DNA of 64,000 nt from assembly GCA_029008005.1 (NCBI GenBank), contig JAQXIX010000026.1, positions 3,870 to 67,869 of the forward strand. The letters run 5' to 3'. The position numbers and the translations under genes were made by a program. This DNA is from Bacillota bacterium. GTDB lineage: Bacteria; Bacillota; Clostridia; Peptostreptococcales; Anaerovoracaceae. Position 1 is the stretch's first letter, and every line of letters starts with the position of its first letter. This document shows positions 1 through 10,112 of the stretch, in pieces. Under the pieces are notes generated by a model. It saw nothing but the letters and a program-made list of their open reading frames with translations, had not been told where the DNA came from and made no database searches.

Positions 1-1
1 G

Positions 2-130
2 ATAAGCGGAGTCAGCATTGACGATCTGTATGAGAAAATGCCATTTATCGGTGTGCTCTTAAAGAAAAATCAGGACCTTGACACTTTTGAAGAAATCAAA
101 ACCAAAGGCTACAGCCTGAGGAACTGGTAA
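2..130 (+). CDS. 3' end of a probable MoxR-family AAA+ ATPase (truncated by window edge)
   Basis: Frame 2 reads ISGVSIDDLYEKMPFIGVLLKKNQDLD...W*. The PFIGVLLKK-x-x-D tail resembles MoxR C-termini, and the gene sits 5 bp upstream of a VWA gene. Confidence 0.6.
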   Translation: MSGVSIDDLYEKMPFIGVLLKKNQDLDTFEEIKTKGYSLRNW

Positions 131-135
131 TTGCC

Positions 136-1329
136 ATGTTTTTGGAATTTTTCTATTTACTGAGAGCGAGGGGACTTGATGTAAGCATCAACGAATGGAT
201 GACCCTAATTGAGGCTCTGGATAAGGGTCTTGCCAATGCATCTCTTATGGGTTTTTACCGACTGTGCAGAAGTGTACTGATTAAGTCGGAGTCGGATTAC
301 GATAAGTTCGACCGTGTTTTTTCTGAGTATTTTCAGGGAATCGAGACGCCGGAAGATCTGCCGGATCAGTTCTGGAAATGGCTGTCCGAAAGTGAACGGG
401 AAAGAGATCTTGACGATTACGGAGACAAGGAACTTTTCGCCAGAGAGCTTGAAGAGCTTTTGCAGATGTTCGAGGAACGAATCAAAGAGCAGAAGGAGAA
501 GCACGACGGCGGAAATTACTGGATCGGAACAGGAGGAACTTCGCCGATGGGAAGAGGCGGATACAACCCTTCCGGAATCAGAGTTGGCGGCAAAAGCAGG
601 CACAAAACTGCGCTGCAGGTTGCCGGAGAACGTAATTTCAGAGATTTCCGCGAGGATACTATTCTGGATATCAGACAGTTTCAGATGGCATTCAGGAAGC
701 TTCGCCAGTATTCGTCGAGAGTTGACTGCGCCGAGAAGGAACTGGATGTTGACAAGACCATAGATGAAACTTGCGATAACGGCGGAATGCTGAAGCTGGC
801 TTATGAGAAGCCAAGAAAAAATACAGTCAAAGTGCTTCTGCTTATAGATTCCGACGGATCTATGCTGCCTTACAGCAGACTTTGCAACAGGCTGTTCCAG
901 GCAGTGAGAAAGTCCAATCACTTTAAGGATCTGCAGGTGTACTATTTTCACAATGCGATTTACGACAATCTCTACACGACGCCAAGGTGCAAAATCCGCG
1001 ATTCCGTAGAGACGGAGTGGGTATTTAACAAACTTGACAGTGACTATAAGGTGATTTTTGTCGGAGACGCGGCCATGGCTCCAAGTGAGCTTTACAGGCC
1101 CGGAGGCAATGCGATTATCGGTTTGTTCAACAGAGAAACGGGAATGGAGTGGTTTCAGAAGTTTAAGAAACGCTTCAAGAAGCAGATATGGCTCAATCCT
1201 ATTTCCAAGAGCAGCTGGGAGTATACGTACGGTGCTCATACGATTCATGATATCGGTCAGGTGTTTCCGATGTTCGAGCTTACGCTGGACGGCCTCGAAG
1301 CAGGAATAAGAAAGCTTCTGGTCAAGTAA
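136..1329 (+). CDS. VWA domain-containing protein (CoxE-like, MoxR partner)
   Basis: MIDAS-like LLIDSDGSM, YYFHN, VIFVGDAAMAP and WLNP motifs, plus the glycine-rich WIGTGGTSPMG segment. Confidence 0.8.
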   Translation: MFLEFFYLLRARGLDVSINEWMTLIEALDKGLANASLMGFYRLCRSVLIKSESDYDKFDRVFSEYFQGIETPEDLPDQFWKWLSESERERDLDDYGDKELFARELEELLQMFEERIKEQKEKHDGGNYWIGTGGTSPMGRGGYNPSGIRVGGKSRHKTALQVAGERNFRDFREDTILDIRQFQMAFRKLRQYSSRVDCAEKELDVDKTIDETCDNGGMLKLAYEKPRKNTVKVLLLIDSDGSMLPYSRLCNRLFQAVRKSNHFKDLQVYYFHNAIYDNLYTTPRCKIRDSVETEWVFNKLDSDYKVIFVGDAAMAPSELYRPGGNAIIGLFNRETGMEWFQKFKKRFKKQIWLNPISKSSWEYTYGAHTIHDIGQVFPMFELTLDGLEAGIRKLLVK

Positions 1330-1334
1330 AATCC

Positions 1335-1363
1335 TTGACTTTTAGCAGGCTCGCGTATATCAT
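1335..1363 (+). promoter_or_regulatory. sigmaA promoter of the ileS leader
   Basis: TTGACT-17 bp-TATCAT. Confidence 0.7.
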
Positions 1364-1390
1364 ATTATCGTATGTTTACAAATTAATATC

Positions 1391-1586
1391 GGCTGTGACG
1401 GAGACAGTAGCCCCGCGTAATATCCTTACAGAGAGACATTCATAAGCTGAGAGAATGTCGGTGAGGCGGCAAGCGAAAATCACTTCTGAGCCGGACATCT
1501 TAAGGAGAGACGGGATGATGGTCCCGTAACTAGGGTGGTACCGCGGTTTTTAATCGTCCCTAACATTATTGTTGGGGACGTTTTTT
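1391..1586 (+). ncRNA. T-box riboswitch, Ile specifier (AUC), transcription-termination type
   Basis: Stem I GGCT...AGCC carries AGAGA and GCTGAGA motifs and specifier ATC at 1479-1481. T-box AGGGTGGTACCGCG is at 1532-1545. Terminator CGTCCCTAACA...TGTTGGGGACG-T6 lies directly upstream of ileS. Confidence 0.92.
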
Positions 1587-1626
1587 CATAGAGAAATCAG
1601 CGCCCCCGAAAGAAAAGGAGCAAAAA

Positions 1627-4600
1627 ATGATCAAAAACTTATCCGAAAAACCAATTGCCCAGGTTCAGACTGAACAGGCAGAACAGTGGAAAAAAGACGA
1701 TCTTCTCGGCAGATGTGTAAGTACAAGAGAAGGTAATCCGGACTTCGTATTTTTCGAGGGTCCTCCGACAGCCAACGGTAAACCGGGAATTCATCATGTA
1801 ATGGCCAGAACTCTGAAGGATTCCGTTAATCGTTATAAGACGATGAAGGGATTTAAGGTAAACAGAAAGGCCGGATGGGATACTCACGGACTTCCTGTTG
1901 AAATCGAAGTGGAAAAGCAACTGGGCATTGACGGCAAGCAGCAGATAGAAGAGTATGGTATCGGTAAATTCAACGAGAAGTGCAAGGAATCCGTATTCAC
2001 TTACAAAGGCCTCTGGGAGCAGATGAGTGAAAGAATGGGATACATGTGCGATCTGGATAATCCGTATATTACCCTCGACAACAATTACATAGAAACATGC
2101 TGGTGGATAATAAAAGAGTTCTTCGACGCAGGGCTTATCTACGAAGGATACAAGATTCTTCCGTACTGCCCTAGATGTGAGACAGGACTGGCTTCACACG
2201 AAGTAGCTCAGGGATATAAGGATGTGAAGGTAAATACAATCACAGCCAAGTTCAAGCGCAAAGACACAGAAAACGAGTACTTCCTGGCATGGACAACTAC
2301 AGCATGGACACTGCTTTCAAATACTTCCCTGACAGTAGGTCCTGACGTTGATTACGTTAAGGTGAAGATGACTGCAACTGAAGAAGAAGGCAATATCTTC
2401 TATGTGGCTAAGGTTCTTGCAGATAAAGTTCTCGGAGAGGGCAACTACGAAGTGCTTGAAGAAATGAAGGGCAGAGACCTTGAGTATATCGAATACGATC
2501 AGCTTATGCCGTGGGTTGTGCCTGAAGAAGGAACAAAGGCGTTCTTCGTTACAAATATGGATTACGTAACAGTTGAAGACGGTACGGGAATCGTTCACTC
2601 AGCACCGGCCTTCGGTGAGGATGACTATCAGTGCGGACGCAAGTACGGACTGCCTGTGTTCCAGCCTGTAGATGAACAGGGGAAATTCACTCTCGGACCA
2701 TGGAAGGGACACTTCATCATGGAAGAGGGAATTGATGTTGAAATAATCAAGTGGCTTGCAGAAGAAAACAAGATTTTCGCTAAGCAGAAAATAGAACATA
2801 ATTATCCGCACTGCTGGAGATGCGGAACTCCTCTCGTGTATTATGCTAAGCCAAGCTGGTACATTAAGATGAGCGACCTTAAGGAACAGCTTGTTGCCAA
2901 TAACAATACTGTAAACTGGTTCCCTGAATTCGTAGGAGAAAAACGTTTCGGAAACTGGCTGGAGGAAGTAAAAGACTGGGCAATATCCAGAAACAGATAC
3001 TGGGGAACACCGATTCCTGTATGGAGATGCGAATGCGGTCATCTGGAATGCGTTGGAAGCAGAGATCAGCTTGTTGAAAAAGCAAATGAAAATATAGACA
3101 ACACAATAGAACTTCACAGACCATATGTTGACGATGTGACGTTCACATGTCCTGAATGCGGCAAGACAATGCACAGAATACCTGAAGTAATGGACTGCTG
3201 GTTCGATTCGGGAGCAATGCCTTTCGCTCAGTGGCACTATCCGTTTGAAAATGCCGACAGATTTGACGAAGAACTGTTCCCTGCAGATTTTATCTGCGAA
3301 GGTATTGACCAGACAAGAGGATGGTTCTACTCGCTGATGGCGATTTCAACTTTCATCAAGGGCAAGGCTCCTTACAAGAACGTACTTGTTAATGACCTTA
3401 TTCTTGATAAGGAAGGAAAGAAGATGTCCAAGCATGTGGGTAACACAGTTAATCCGTTTGAAATGCTGGATAAGTACGGCGCAGATGCTACGAGATGGTA
3501 TCTCCTCCACACTTCACCTGCATGGGCACCTACTAAATTTGACGAAGACGGACTGGTTGAGGTTGTAAGTAAATTCTTCGGAACAGTCAAGAATGTGTAT
3601 AACTTCTTCGTACTCTATTCAAATCAGGACAACATCGATCCGGCATCACTTCAGGTGCCGTATGATAACAGACCTGAACTTGACAGATGGATAATCTCCA
3701 AGTACAACAGAACAATCAAGGCGGCAACTGAGGCCATGGATAAGTACGACCATATGAAGACTACCAGAATTATTCAGGATTTCGTAAACGAAGACTTAAG
3801 TAACTGGTACATCAGAAGAGCGAGAAGAAGATTCTGGGCTCCGGAAATGACAGAGGATAAGAAATCGGTATATGCAACAACATATGAAGTGCTTGTCGGC
3901 GTATCCAGACTTATTGCTCCGTTCGCACCGTTTATTTCAGATGAAATGTACAAGAACCTTACAGGTGAAGAGTCAGTTCATCTGGCATACTTCCCTGAGG
4001 CAGATGAAAGTCTTATTGATGAAGGTACAGAAGAGAGAATGGATCTGGTCAGAACTCTGGTAGGACTGGGAAGAGGAACTCGTGAAAAAGAAAAGATTAA
4101 GGTAAGGCAGCCTCTGGAAGAAGTAATTGTTGACGGCAGATATGAATCTGTAATAGGCGATTTGACTGATCTTATAAAGGAAGAACTGAATATCAGAACC
4201 GTTGTTTTCGAAAATGACCTTGATAAGTACATGAATTTCTCACTGAAGCCGAACTTCAAGGTGGCAGGTCCTGTCCTCGGTAAAAATATCAAGGCATTCG
4301 GCGGAGCAATGGCGAAGGCTGATCCGAAGGCAACTGTTGCGGCACTGGAAAGCGACGGTAAGATTGCGCTGGAGCTTAACGGAGAATCGGTAGATATTAC
4401 ACCTGATATGGTTGATGTGAGAATCGATGCCAAGGAAGGCTTCGCTGTGGCAATGGAAAATAATGTATTCACAATTCTTGATACAACAATTACTCCGGAG
4501 CTGGAGAGAGAAGGCCTGGCCAGAGAACTGGTTTCAAAGGTTCAGCAGATGAGAAAGCAGCTTGACTTCGAAATGATGGACAACATTAATATATACCTGA

Positions 4601-4749
4601 AAGCTGATGAGGCTGTTTTCGAAGCAGTAAATGAACACAAAGACTACATAATGTCAGAGACCCTCGCAAAGGCAGTCGAAAGTGCTTCAGTAGAAGAAAA
4701 AGTTAACCTGAACGGTCATAAGACAGGTCTGAGAATCGAGAAAATCTGA
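1627..4749 (+). CDS. ileS: Isoleucyl-tRNA synthetase, type 2 (IleRS2)
   Basis: FFEGPPTANGKPGIHH, GWDTHGLP, GTGIVH (editing), DWAISRNRYWGTP, EGIDQTRGWF and KMSKH motifs. It is 1040 aa with an IleRS2-type C-terminus and follows an Ile T-box. Confidence 0.97.
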   Translation: MIKNLSEKPIAQVQTEQAEQWKKDDLLGRCVSTREGNPDFVFFEGPPTANGKPGIHHVMARTLKDSVNRYKTMKGFKVNRKAGWDTHGLPVEIEVEKQLGIDGKQQIEEYGIGKFNEKCKESVFTYKGLWEQMSERMGYMCDLDNPYITLDNNYIETCWWIIKEFFDAGLIYEGYKILPYCPRCETGLASHEVAQGYKDVKVNTITAKFKRKDTENEYFLAWTTTAWTLLSNTSLTVGPDVDYVKVKMTATEEEGNIFYVAKVLADKVLGEGNYEVLEEMKGRDLEYIEYDQLMPWVVPEEGTKAFFVTNMDYVTVEDGTGIVHSAPAFGEDDYQCGRKYGLPVFQPVDEQGKFTLGPWKGHFIMEEGIDVEIIKWLAEENKIFAKQKIEHNYPHCWRCGTPLVYYAKPSWYIKMSDLKEQLVANNNTVNWFPEFVGEKRFGNWLEEVKDWAISRNRYWGTPIPVWRCECGHLECVGSRDQLVEKANENIDNTIELHRPYVDDVTFTCPECGKTMHRIPEVMDCWFDSGAMPFAQWHYPFENADRFDEELFPADFICEGIDQTRGWFYSLMAISTFIKGKAPYKNVLVNDLILDKEGKKMSKHVGNTVNPFEMLDKYGADATRWYLLHTSPAWAPTKFDEDGLVEVVSKFFGTVKNVYNFFVLYSNQDNIDPASLQVPYDNRPELDRWIISKYNRTIKAATEAMDKYDHMKTTRIIQDFVNEDLSNWYIRRARRRFWAPEMTEDKKSVYATTYEVLVGVSRLIAPFAPFISDEMYKNLTGEESVHLAYFPEADESLIDEGTEERMDLVRTLVGLGRGTREKEKIKVRQPLEEVIVDGRYESVIGDLTDLIKEELNIRTVVFENDLDKYMNFSLKPNFKVAGPVLGKNIKAFGGAMAKADPKATVAALESDGKIALELNGESVDITPDMVDVRIDAKEGFAVAMENNVFTILDTTITPELEREGLARELVSKVQQMRKQLDFEMMDNINIYLKADEAVFEAVNEHKDYIMSETLAKAVESASVEEKVNLNGHKTGLRIEKI

Positions 4750-5090
4750 TGAGTACGTCAATAAATAATTTAAGGCGTCTCGCATCGATTGACGTGAAAG
4801 ACCATATAGCTCTTTTCGACTTGTATGTTACTGCAGGAAGAGATATTGAATACATGGCAATCAGGTTCGGAACCGATCCGGAAGATATTATTCATCTTCT
4901 GGAGGGTTACGGAGAAAATCTTTCGGATGACAGCGGGAAAGGAAGACTGAAGGGTCTTCACAGAACTCTGGTGGAAGAGTATGTTAATACGTTTTATCCT
5001 GGTATAGCTTCGGAAAATCCGGAGAATGACTGGATTACCATTGAGGGATATCTGGATATTAAGCATCCTCAGTGGAGAACTCAGAGGTGA
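4749..5090 (+). CDS. Hypothetical protein (113 aa), possible HTH-like segment
   Basis: The ATG overlaps the ileS stop (TGATG), and the ORF fills the gap to rlmN. Confidence 0.65.
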   Translation: MSTSINNLRRLASIDVKDHIALFDLYVTAGRDIEYMAIRFGTDPEDIIHLLEGYGENLSDDSGKGRLKGLHRTLVEEYVNTFYPGIASENPENDWITIEGYLDIKHPQWRTQR

Positions 5091-5100
5091 GGATTTTCGG

Positions 5101-6138
5101 ATGAAGAATAATCTTCTTGAAATGACAGTAGAAGAGCTTAAGCTGTTTGCTGCGGAGATGGGAGAGAAACCCTTCCGCGGCAAGCAGCTGTTTAAGTGGA
5201 TTCACAGCGGAGTGAAGGATTTCGATTATATGACAAATCTTTCGGAAGCCTTCAGAAGGAAGCTGAGCGAAAAGGCGGAGATTACGGGAGTTGAGATAAT
5301 AGGGGAGCAGAGAGACAGAAGTGACGGGACTCGAAAATTTCTCTACAGGCTTGCAGACGGTGAAACGGTCGAAGGCGTGTTTATGAAATATAAATACGGC
5401 AACAGCCTTTGCCTGTCATCGCAGGTTGGATGCAGAATGGGATGCAGATTCTGTGCATCGACTGCAGACGGGTTGATCAGAAATCTAACGGCAGGAGAAA
5501 TGCTAGACCAGGTGTATGAAAGTGAGAAATACACAGGAGAAAAGATAAACCACATTGTCGTAATGGGAATGGGGGAGCCTTTTGACAATTACGAGAATCT
5601 GGCGCGGTTTCTCAGGCTTTTGCACGATCCGGAGGGAAAAAATCTCAGCTACAGAAATATGACTGTTTCAACATGCGGGATAGTGCCGGCAATGAAACGG
5701 TTTTCTGAGGATTTCGCTTCTGTGAATCTGGCGGTATCACTTCATCGACTCACCGATAAGGGACGAAGTGAAATAATGCCTGTTAACAAAAGTTACCCGC
5801 TGGAGAAACTTCTGAAGGCATGTCGTGAATATACTGAAAATACGGGACGGAGAATTACATTTGAATATGCGCTGATAAACGGGGTAAATGACGGAGCTCG
5901 GGATGTGGAGCTGATAAAGGAAAAGCTCGGCGGTATGCTCTGTCATGTAAATCTGATTCCTCTGAACAAGGTCGAAGAAAATAATTTCAGAGGTACAGGA
6001 AGGAAACGCGCAGCCGATATAGCTCTGCAGCTTGAAAAAAGCGGTGTTCCGGCAACTGTAAGGCGCGAGCTGGGTGCCGAAATAGACGGAGCATGCGGGC
6101 AGCTTAGGAGAAAATCGGATTTACATATTGCCCCCTAA
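5101..6138 (+). CDS. rlmN: 23S rRNA/tRNA m2A methyltransferase RlmN (radical SAM)
   Basis: SSQVGCRMGCRFC, MGMGEP, FEY, VNLIP and IDGACGQL motifs; SD GAGG before ATG 5101. Confidence 0.93.
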   Translation: MKNNLLEMTVEELKLFAAEMGEKPFRGKQLFKWIHSGVKDFDYMTNLSEAFRRKLSEKAEITGVEIIGEQRDRSDGTRKFLYRLADGETVEGVFMKYKYGNSLCLSSQVGCRMGCRFCASTADGLIRNLTAGEMLDQVYESEKYTGEKINHIVVMGMGEPFDNYENLARFLRLLHDPEGKNLSYRNMTVSTCGIVPAMKRFSEDFASVNLAVSLHRLTDKGRSEIMPVNKSYPLEKLLKACREYTENTGRRITFEYALINGVNDGARDVELIKEKLGGMLCHVNLIPLNKVEENNFRGTGRKRAADIALQLEKSGVPATVRRELGAEIDGACGQLRRKSDLHIAP

Positions 6139-6156
6139 AGTAAGATAGTTTATAAT
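6128..6156 (+). promoter_or_regulatory. sigmaA promoter
   Basis: TTGCCC-17 bp-TATAAT, upstream of SD AAGGAGG. Confidence 0.5.
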
Positions 6157-6184
6157 TAATGAAAAGCATAAGGAGGACACTATC

Positions 6185-6610
6185 ATGGTCAAGTTATTGA
6201 TAGGACACAAGGGAAGCGGCAAGACTAATCAGATGATACAGCTGGCTAACGATTGTGTTGCTAACAGCGACGGAAGCATCATTTTCATAAACAAGAATCA
6301 CAGACTGATGTACGAACTTTCATACAGAATGAGAGTAATCTGTATGGAGGATTATGAACATATAACTAATATTGATGAGTATATAGGGTTCATATACGGC
6401 ATAATCAGTTCGGATCATGATATTGATATGATTTTTATAGACAGCATCCTCAAGCATGCGGATGTTTCTTTGGGAGATTTGCCTGTGTTCATTGACAGAC
6501 TTAAGGCGATAAGTGAGATGTATGAAGTGGACTTCACTGTCAGCGTCAGCGCTGAGAAGGAAGAAATGATAGGTGTTAATTTCGAGGGATGCGAAATCCT
6601 GAATCAGTAA
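6185..6610 (+). CDS. Small P-loop NTPase-like conserved clostridial protein
   Basis: Walker A GHKGSGKT, Walker B-like IFIDS, and a strong SD. Confidence 0.75.
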   Translation: MVKLLIGHKGSGKTNQMIQLANDCVANSDGSIIFINKNHRLMYELSYRMRVICMEDYEHITNIDEYIGFIYGIISSDHDIDMIFIDSILKHADVSLGDLPVFIDRLKAISEMYEVDFTVSVSAEKEEMIGVNFEGCEILNQ

Positions 6611-6623
6611 ATCAGAAGAGATG

Positions 6624-6653
6624 ACAGGCGGTGAGATTCACCGCCTTGTTTTA
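6624..6653 (+). terminator. Rho-independent terminator
   Basis: ACAGGCGGTGA-GAT-TCACCGCCTTG-TTTT hairpin. Confidence 0.7.
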
Positions 6654-6677
6654 TGCAGAAGAGTAGTAAGTGACAAT

Positions 6678-7547
6678 ATGAAGAAGGCATACGTTTGTGT
6701 AATAATAACTGCATTTCTGTTCGGGACTATGGAAGTATCATGCAAAATCGGTGGAGGCGGCCTCGATTCTCTGCAGCTTACGCTGCTTAGATTTGTAATC
6801 GGTGCCATCGTTCTACTGCCTTTTGCTGTGGCAGAAATGAGAAAAAACAATGTAAAACTTAAAGCGAGTGACATGGGACAGCTGGCTTTAACGGGAATTG
6901 TGGGGATTCCCGTAAGCATGGTGTTGTTTCAGATGGGTGTAATGACGACAAATGCGTCGACAGCTTCTGTTTTGTTTTGCGTGAATCCGGTATTCACTAT
7001 GGTATTCGCCCATTTTCTGGCAGGCGAAAACATGAGCAGAAGCAAGGTGGCAATTATGGGTCTGGCTCTTCTTGGAATACTGTTTATGTTTCGACCGTGG
7101 GATATTCAGGGAGGAAACAGCGTCAGAGGTATGATTTGTATGATACTTGCGGCGTTTTTCTTCGGTATTTATACTGTTGCAAGTAAAAAAGTAATAAAGA
7201 AGATAGGCATGTTTGCACAGGCAAGTATATGTTTCCTGATAGGATGTGCCGTTCTTTTAGTAATAATGCTTTTGCTGGACAAACCTGTGATTTCCGGAAT
7301 ATCAGAGAGTGTTCCGATAATTCTCTATACCGGAATAATAGTTACGGGAGTAGGATACTACTGTTTCTTCAAATCAATACAGCTGGCAGATGCGACAACG
7401 GGATCTTTTGCTTTTTTCCTGAAGCCGGCTATTGCACCGGTTATTGCGGTAATAGTACTGGGAGAAGATATTCTGTGGAATACTGTTGCAGGTATTATGT
7501 GTATCCTCGGCGCGTCTTTCTTGAACATTCTTAATAACAGGAGATAA
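6678..7547 (+). CDS. DMT/EamA-family transporter
   Basis: About ten hydrophobic segments in two EamA-like repeats. The ATG at 6678 is preferred because the upstream ATG lies in the terminator. Confidence 0.85.
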   Translation: MKKAYVCVIITAFLFGTMEVSCKIGGGGLDSLQLTLLRFVIGAIVLLPFAVAEMRKNNVKLKASDMGQLALTGIVGIPVSMVLFQMGVMTTNASTASVLFCVNPVFTMVFAHFLAGENMSRSKVAIMGLALLGILFMFRPWDIQGGNSVRGMICMILAAFFFGIYTVASKKVIKKIGMFAQASICFLIGCAVLLVIMLLLDKPVISGISESVPIILYTGIIVTGVGYYCFFKSIQLADATTGSFAFFLKPAIAPVIAVIVLGEDILWNTVAGIMCILGASFLNILNNRR

Positions 7548-7549
7548 GC

Positions 7550-8182
7550 ATGAGACTCAAGGATATTGAAAAGGCTTTTGAAGGGTATGTGGCTGCCGGC
7601 GAAAGAGGGTTCAATCATTTTTCCGTTCTTGTCCCTATTGTGGATTTATCGGAAAATAAAGATAATCCGGAAATTCTGTATGAGGTGAGGGCGGCGAAGC
7701 TTGATCGCCAGCCGGGAGAAATCTGCTTTCCCGGAGGACTTATTGAAGATGGAGAGTCGCCTGAGGAATGTGCTTTGAGAGAGACTTTCGAGGAAACAGG
7801 CATATCACCGGAAAATATCAGAATTGTGACCGGTCTGGGCTCGGTGTTTTCCACTTCGGGTTCACAGATCCACGGGTTTCTCGGAGTAGTAAACGAAGAT
7901 GCATACAGAAAAATGAAGATAAACGAGGATGAAGTCGCGGAAACCTTCACGGTATCTGTAAGAAAGCTTCTCGATACGACACCTGTGGTTTACAGCAACG
8001 AGCTGATTCAGAAGCCCGATCCGGCTTTTCCTTATGAAAAAGTTACAGGCGGAGCCATGTACAAATGGCGAAACGGCAGATCTCCCGTTCCCGTATACTG
8101 TATTGATGACAGAGTCATATGGGGACTTACGGGGAGAATTACCATGAATTTTCTCGAGGAGGTAAGGAAATGTTTAAGATAG
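7550..8182 (+). CDS. Nudix hydrolase, CoA pyrophosphatase type
   Basis: Nudix box [27 protein letters not shown]0035-type [10 protein letters not shown], and IWGLT. Confidence 0.88.
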   Translation: MRLKDIEKAFEGYVAAGERGFNHFSVLVPIVDLSENKDNPEILYEVRAAKLDRQPGEICFPGGLIEDGESPEECALRETFEETGISPENIRIVTGLGSVFSTSGSQIHGFLGVVNEDAYRKMKINEDEVAETFTVSVRKLLDTTPVVYSNELIQKPDPAFPYEKVTGGAMYKWRNGRSPVPVYCIDDRVIWGLTGRITMNFLEEVRKCLR

Positions 8183-8997
8183 CACTTTGTCAGATTACAG
8201 GAACAGCAGATAAAGAACTGAACAGGGCAAAAGCCGAAAAGCATGTTAGAGAGGCAGCGGTAGAAGGTGCGCAGATTGTCTGTCTGCCCGAAATGTGGAA
8301 CTGCCCTTATTCCAACGATTACTTCAGGAAGTTTGCCGAACCTGCAGACGGTCCGTCTGTGAAACTAATGTCTGATCTTGCTTCGGAACTGGGGATTACA
8401 ATTATAGGCGGATCCATTGCGGAACTTGAAGAAGACAGAGTCTACAACACATCTTTCTGCTTCGGGCCGGATGGAAATATTATCGGAAAGCATAGAAAGG
8501 TGCATCTTTTTGATATAGATGTTGACGGGAAATTCCGGTTTATGGAATCAGACACTCTGACAGCAGGTGATTCGCAGACGGTATTCGATGTTTCGGTTAG
8601 TGGAACGGAAGGTCTTGAAAAATGCCGCATCGGAGTTGCAATATGCTATGATGTGAGATTTCCGGAATGGTTCAGAAAAATGGTGCTGGACGGTGTTCAG
8701 CTTGTATTCCTTCCGGCCGCCTTTAACACGACTACAGGTCCCGTTCACTGGGATCTGACGATGAGAGCACGTGCAGTGGACAACCAGATATACTTCGCCG
8801 CAAATGCTCCGGCCAGAGACGATAACGGGATTTTCAAAGCATACGGTAATTCCTGTATAGCAAACCCATGGGGAGATTTCATTGCCCATGCTGACGAGAA
8901 AGAGTGTATAATTTACGGAGATGTGGATCTCGAATACGAGAAGCAGATTCGCAGACAGTTACCACTGCTGAAACATAGAAGAGAGGAATTGTATTGA
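8170..8997 (+). CDS. Carbon-nitrogen hydrolase (omega-amidase/Nit2-like)
   Basis: Glu-Lys-Cys triad motifs [13 protein letters not shown] and ICYDVRFPE. Confidence 0.9.
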   Translation: MFKIALCQITGTADKELNRAKAEKHVREAAVEGAQIVCLPEMWNCPYSNDYFRKFAEPADGPSVKLMSDLASELGITIIGGSIAELEEDRVYNTSFCFGPDGNIIGKHRKVHLFDIDVDGKFRFMESDTLTAGDSQTVFDVSVSGTEGLEKCRIGVAICYDVRFPEWFRKMVLDGVQLVFLPAAFNTTTGPVHWDLTMRARAVDNQIYFAANAPARDDNGIFKAYGNSCIANPWGDFIAHADEKECIIYGDVDLEYEKQIRRQLPLLKHRREELY

Positions 8998-10088
8998 TGA
9001 AGAGTATTTTAGGATTACGAAAGAAAGCTGTTGTATTTGCTGCGGCAGCTGTTGCTGCTGCAGTAATGTGCCTTTGCGGATGTCAGAATCAGGAGGATGT
9101 TCAGCCGGAGGAACAGGTAAGCTACGAGATTGCCCTTGTAACTGATGACGGACTGATTAATGACGGCGGACACAGCGAAGCTGCCTGGAATACTATCACG
9201 GCTTTCGGAGCCACAAAAGGCATTTCTCACAAGTATTACAAGGCTGTAGAATCTACGGAAGCAGCATATAAATCGGTGATTGACACGGCTGTTAACAACG
9301 GAGCTAAGATTGTAATTGCAGATGGATACGATCTTGGGGAAGTGATTCTCGAAGCCCAGAAAGAGTATACGGATATTAAATTCGTTGTTCTTGACGGAGA
9401 ACCGATTGATGAAAGAACAGGCGATATTAAGCTTGCCATGAACTCAGCCGCAATCGAATTTGATTCGGCACAGGCGGGATTCCTGGCCGGGTATGCCGCA
9501 GTTGTTGAGGGGTACGGAAATATTGGATTTATCGGTGAAAAGGGTGGAAACGATACGTCGGATTTCGGATTCGGATTTCTCAGAGGTGCAGATAAGGCAG
9601 CAAGAGAATCGGGAGAAAATATTTCTGTAAGGTACCTGGAGGCAGCTGCAGACCATGAAGCTGTCAAAGCAGAAGCGATGAAATGGTATGATGAAGGCAC
9701 AGATGTGATTTTCGCCTGCGGTAAGAATATTGACAGCGCGGTAATCGAAGCGGCTGAGGCGAAAGAAGGCCGTGTAATCGGCGGATTGTTTAACAGAAAT
9801 GATATGTCTGACGTCGTGATAACATCAGCGATTCAGAATGTTGACGTGGCATTGACGGAAGTTCTCGAAAAGTATAAGAAGGGAGAATTTCCGGGCGGTG
9901 AGGTTCTGACATATGATGCGTCAAACCAAGGAATCGAGCTGGTAATGCAGAACGATAGGCTTGAGGTTCTACGTACGGATGAATACAAAGAACTTCTTGA
10001 GGAAATGGCAAAGGGCGAAATAAAAATGGGTCTTAAAAATGTCGAAACTGTTGATCAGATTAATCTGAGAAATGTTACGCTTCTGTAA
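8997..10088 (+). CDS. BMP-family (PnrA-like) substrate-binding lipoprotein
   Basis: Signal peptide with lipobox LCGC, plus ALVTDDG-INDGG, QAGFLAGYAA and DVIFACG motifs. Confidence 0.82.
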   Translation: MKSILGLRKKAVVFAAAAVAAAVMCLCGCQNQEDVQPEEQVSYEIALVTDDGLINDGGHSEAAWNTITAFGATKGISHKYYKAVESTEAAYKSVIDTAVNNGAKIVIADGYDLGEVILEAQKEYTDIKFVVLDGEPIDERTGDIKLAMNSAAIEFDSAQAGFLAGYAAVVEGYGNIGFIGEKGGNDTSDFGFGFLRGADKAARESGENISVRYLEAAADHEAVKAEAMKWYDEGTDVIFACGKNIDSAVIEAAEAKEGRVIGGLFNRNDMSDVVITSAIQNVDVALTEVLEKYKKGEFPGGEVLTYDASNQGIELVMQNDRLEVLRTDEYKELLEEMAKGEIKMGLKNVETVDQINLRNVTLL

Positions 10089-10112
10089 CGATAATGCGGA
10101 GGCAGTATAATA

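Noticed and set aside
205-1248. 347-aa antisense ORF
   Set aside because: It lies wholly opposite the VWA gene and has no recognisable motifs; this is a codon-bias shadow.
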